The translations under genes were made by a program, and so were the position numbers. A DNA stretch of 64,000 nucleotides. It comes from Bacteroidota bacterium. GTDB lineage: Bacteria; Bacteroidota; Bacteroidia; UBA7662; JAYUJN01. The DNA lies in contig JAYUJN010000054.1 in assembly GCA_043765195.1 (NCBI GenBank), positions 558 through 64,557 on the forward strand, written 5' to 3'. Shown in pieces: positions 62,134 to 64,000 of the stretch. A model generated the notes under the pieces. It was given only the letters and a program-made list of their open reading frames with translations, had not been told where the DNA came from and did not search any database. The stretch's first letter is position 1, and each line of letters opens with the position of its first letter.

Positions 62134-63594
62134 TTATTTAATGCCTCTGGTGCCGTTTAGCCAATCGTTCCAAACGCCAAACGATTTCATTTGCGCCTCG
62201 AGGTCGGTGGTGTTTATGAGGTTTTGTACTTCGCTGCGGTTTTGGCGGGGGAGGCTGTAGTTTTGGTTGGCAAAAGCCAGCGTGAGTGCGGCTACAATGG
62301 CGGCGTTGTTTTTTACGGAGGCAATGTCCACCTTGTCGTAGGTATCGCTTTCGGAGTGGTAGTGCTGGGCGTAGGTGCTTTCCTCTTGGTTCGCCACCAA
62401 GTTGGCGATGCCCTGCATCATAAAGTCAAAATTATCCGTGCCTACAAGTGGGGCGTTTATTTGCTCAAACTTTTGGTTTGTAATTTGGCTCAGTTCCGTG
62501 AGGCAGTAGCTGGTTGCGTCGGTACAATCTTGCCTGCCGCCTGTATAAAATCCGTTTATTTTGCCTGCACCAATGTCTATGGACAGCGCCATTTTGTGGT
62601 TGTCCAGCTCGTTTAGGTGCGTTCGGGTGTATTCCCAGCTTCCGTTTAAGCCTTGTTCTTCGCCGTTCCAGAGCGCAAAGCGTATGGTGCGCACGGGGCG
62701 GATATTGAGCAGTTGCATTTGGCGGGCAATGTCTATGATTAGTGCCACGTTGCAGCCGTTGTCCAGTGCGCCCGTTCCCAGGTCCCAAGAGTCCAGGTGT
62801 GCGCCTATTACGATGATTTCCTCGGGTTTTTCGCTGCCTTTTATTTCCGCTATCACGTTTTGGCTGGGGTAGCTGCCGCCCGTGGTTAGGTTTATTTTGG
62901 CTTCTATTTGTATGTTTTGGTTTTGGTTTAGGCTGCGTACGATGCGCTGTGCATCTTCTCTTGCCATGAGCAGTATGGGCAAGGTGTTTTTTGCGCCACG
63001 GGAGGCATTGTGGCGGTACATGAGCCGCCGAGAGCGTGAACTGATGTAAATAATGCCCCTTACGCCCGCTTGGTACGCATTTTCTTCTATGAGTACCATG
63101 TCGTTGTATTCTTTAAACAAGCCGTTTAGGTCTTTTAGCTCGTCGGTTTTGATGAGTACAAAGGCGTTTTTTGCCCGTGTGCTTATTGCCGCAAAGTCTT
63201 GTGCGGTGCCAAAGTTTGCAAAAACCACGGGTGCTTTTATGCCGTTTTTGGGTGTGGCTGCCGAAAAAGAAAGTGCGTTTACCTTTGGTACAAAGTTTAG
63301 GTCGCCGCTGATGGTTGCGGTGGTTTGTTTTTCTGCCCAGCGAAACGGCATTTGAAATTCTTCGGTTTTGGCTATAATTCCAGCGTTTTTAAACGTTTGT
63401 ACGCCCCAGGCTACTGCTTTTTGGTTGTTTGCCGAGCCAGTGGCACGTCCGCCTATTTGGTCGCAGAGGTATTGCAGGTCGGAGGCGAGCGGCGTTTCTT
63501 GCAGTAATGCGTTTATGAGGGTTTGGGTTTGGCTTTGCGCAAAAATTTGGGTGCTTATGCCGATACACAGGGTTGTTAGTAGGCTGCTTTTCAT
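62134..63594 (-). CDS. M28 family peptidase with a PA domain (second paralog)
   Basis: I prefer ATG 63594 (MKSSLLTTLCIGISTQIFAQ) because a -7 box lies at 63621-63628. GAHLDSWDLGTGALDNGCN...WNGEEQGLNGS. Confidence 0.85.
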   Translation of the reverse strand: MKSSLLTTLCIGISTQIFAQSQTQTLINALLQETPLASDLQYLCDQIGGRATGSANNQKAVAWGVQTFKNAGIIAKTEEFQMPFRWAEKQTTATISGDLNFVPKVNALSFSAATPKNGIKAPVVFANFGTAQDFAAISTRAKNAFVLIKTDELKDLNGLFKEYNDMVLIEENAYQAGVRGIIYISSRSRRLMYRHNASRGAKNTLPILLMAREDAQRIVRSLNQNQNIQIEAKINLTTGGSYPSQNVIAEIKGSEKPEEIIVIGAHLDSWDLGTGALDNGCNVALIIDIARQMQLLNIRPVRTIRFALWNGEEQGLNGSWEYTRTHLNELDNHKMALSIDIGAGKINGFYTGGRQDCTDATSYCLTELSQITNQKFEQINAPLVGTDNFDFMMQGIANLVANQEESTYAQHYHSESDTYDKVDIASVKNNAAIVAALTLAFANQNYSLPRQNRSEVQNLINTTDLEAQMKSFGVWNDWLNGTRGIK

Positions 63595-63620
63595 TGCTTT
63601 GAGGTTGGTGTAAACTTGCT

Positions 63621-63628
63621 CAAAGGTA
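63621..63628 (-). promoter_or_regulatory. Candidate -7 promoter box for the second M28 peptidase gene
   Basis: The minus strand reads TACCTTTG, ending 26 nt before ATG 63594. It lies inside the alternative TTG-63633 ORF extension. Confidence 0.45.
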
Positions 63629-64000
63629 CGCAAAAAACTCCTAAAAAATGGTGCGAAATGTGTGGAGTCCTAAATTACGGGCAGCAGCCATAGCCCTGCC
63701 CAAAAACGACATAAACAAAGCGGGCATTTTGGCGTATGCAAAAGCGGCGTTTTCTCACGCATTTGCAGCCAGTTTGCGCCCTTGTTTTTAACTCCAAAAT
63801 TAGGTACATCTAAAACCTGCCCCAGCTTAAACTGCCTTAAAACAACCCAAAAATACCACCAAACCCAACATTACACATAGTTGTGCAACAGTTACCCATG
63901 TTGTGTGTCTGTTTCTTACCTATCTATTTTTGCATTCCGTTTTTATCAGTCAAAACATTTTGTTTGTCTAAGCCAATTTCTATTTCTACGTTTTGAATTT

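Noticed and set aside
1-64000. tRNA, rRNA, tmRNA, transposase, integrase, toxin-antitoxin and defence-system genes.
   Set aside because: I scanned the intergenic regions for T-loop-like GGTTCGAATC patterns and the ORF translations for hallmark motifs, and found none. This was a visual scan, so small RNAs could have been missed.

Overview
This 64 kb chromosomal segment reads as Bacteroidota. The evidence is many TAnnTTTG -7 boxes 15-40 nt upstream of start codons, A-rich and Shine-Dalgarno-poor start contexts, T9SS C-terminal sorting domains, and many lipoproteins and outer-membrane proteins. I can support about 63 protein-coding genes. They are mostly housekeeping genes in short operons on both strands: rpsF-rpsR-rplI, dapD, a bifunctional formimidoyltransferase-cyclodeaminase, class I HMG-CoA reductase, fabD, hppD-fahA, a 2-oxoacid dehydrogenase E2, rsmH, folP, sdhC, arsM, prfB with its +1 frameshift (the ORF track misses the first exon), pyrG, folD, rimO-ftsY and several peptidases. 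There is one type A RNase P RNA (+ strand, about 49656-50046) and several intrinsic terminators. Three families of short palindromic repeats form mosaic clusters at 1-788 and 45681-46056, with a solo copy at 40373-40446. I saw no tRNA, rRNA, CRISPR array, transposase, integrase or phage gene. I could not substantiate a clear novel multi-gene system such as a defence island. The most unusual items are: (1) the REP/BIME-like repeat mosaics, including a head-to-tail array of a double-hairpin unit and compensatory stem substitutions; (2) a Crp-arsM module translationally coupled to an 81-aa MerF-like membrane protein with a vicinal cysteine pair; (3) two tandem delta-60-repeat T9SS paralogs with near-identical ends and patchy divergent cores; (4) an HMG-CoA reductase with a ~135-aa N-terminal extension of unknown function; (5) a PolB-exo-like protein with a degenerate active site; (6) three AT-rich inserts encoding unknown proteins. 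All functional calls come from reading motifs by eye. No database search was run.
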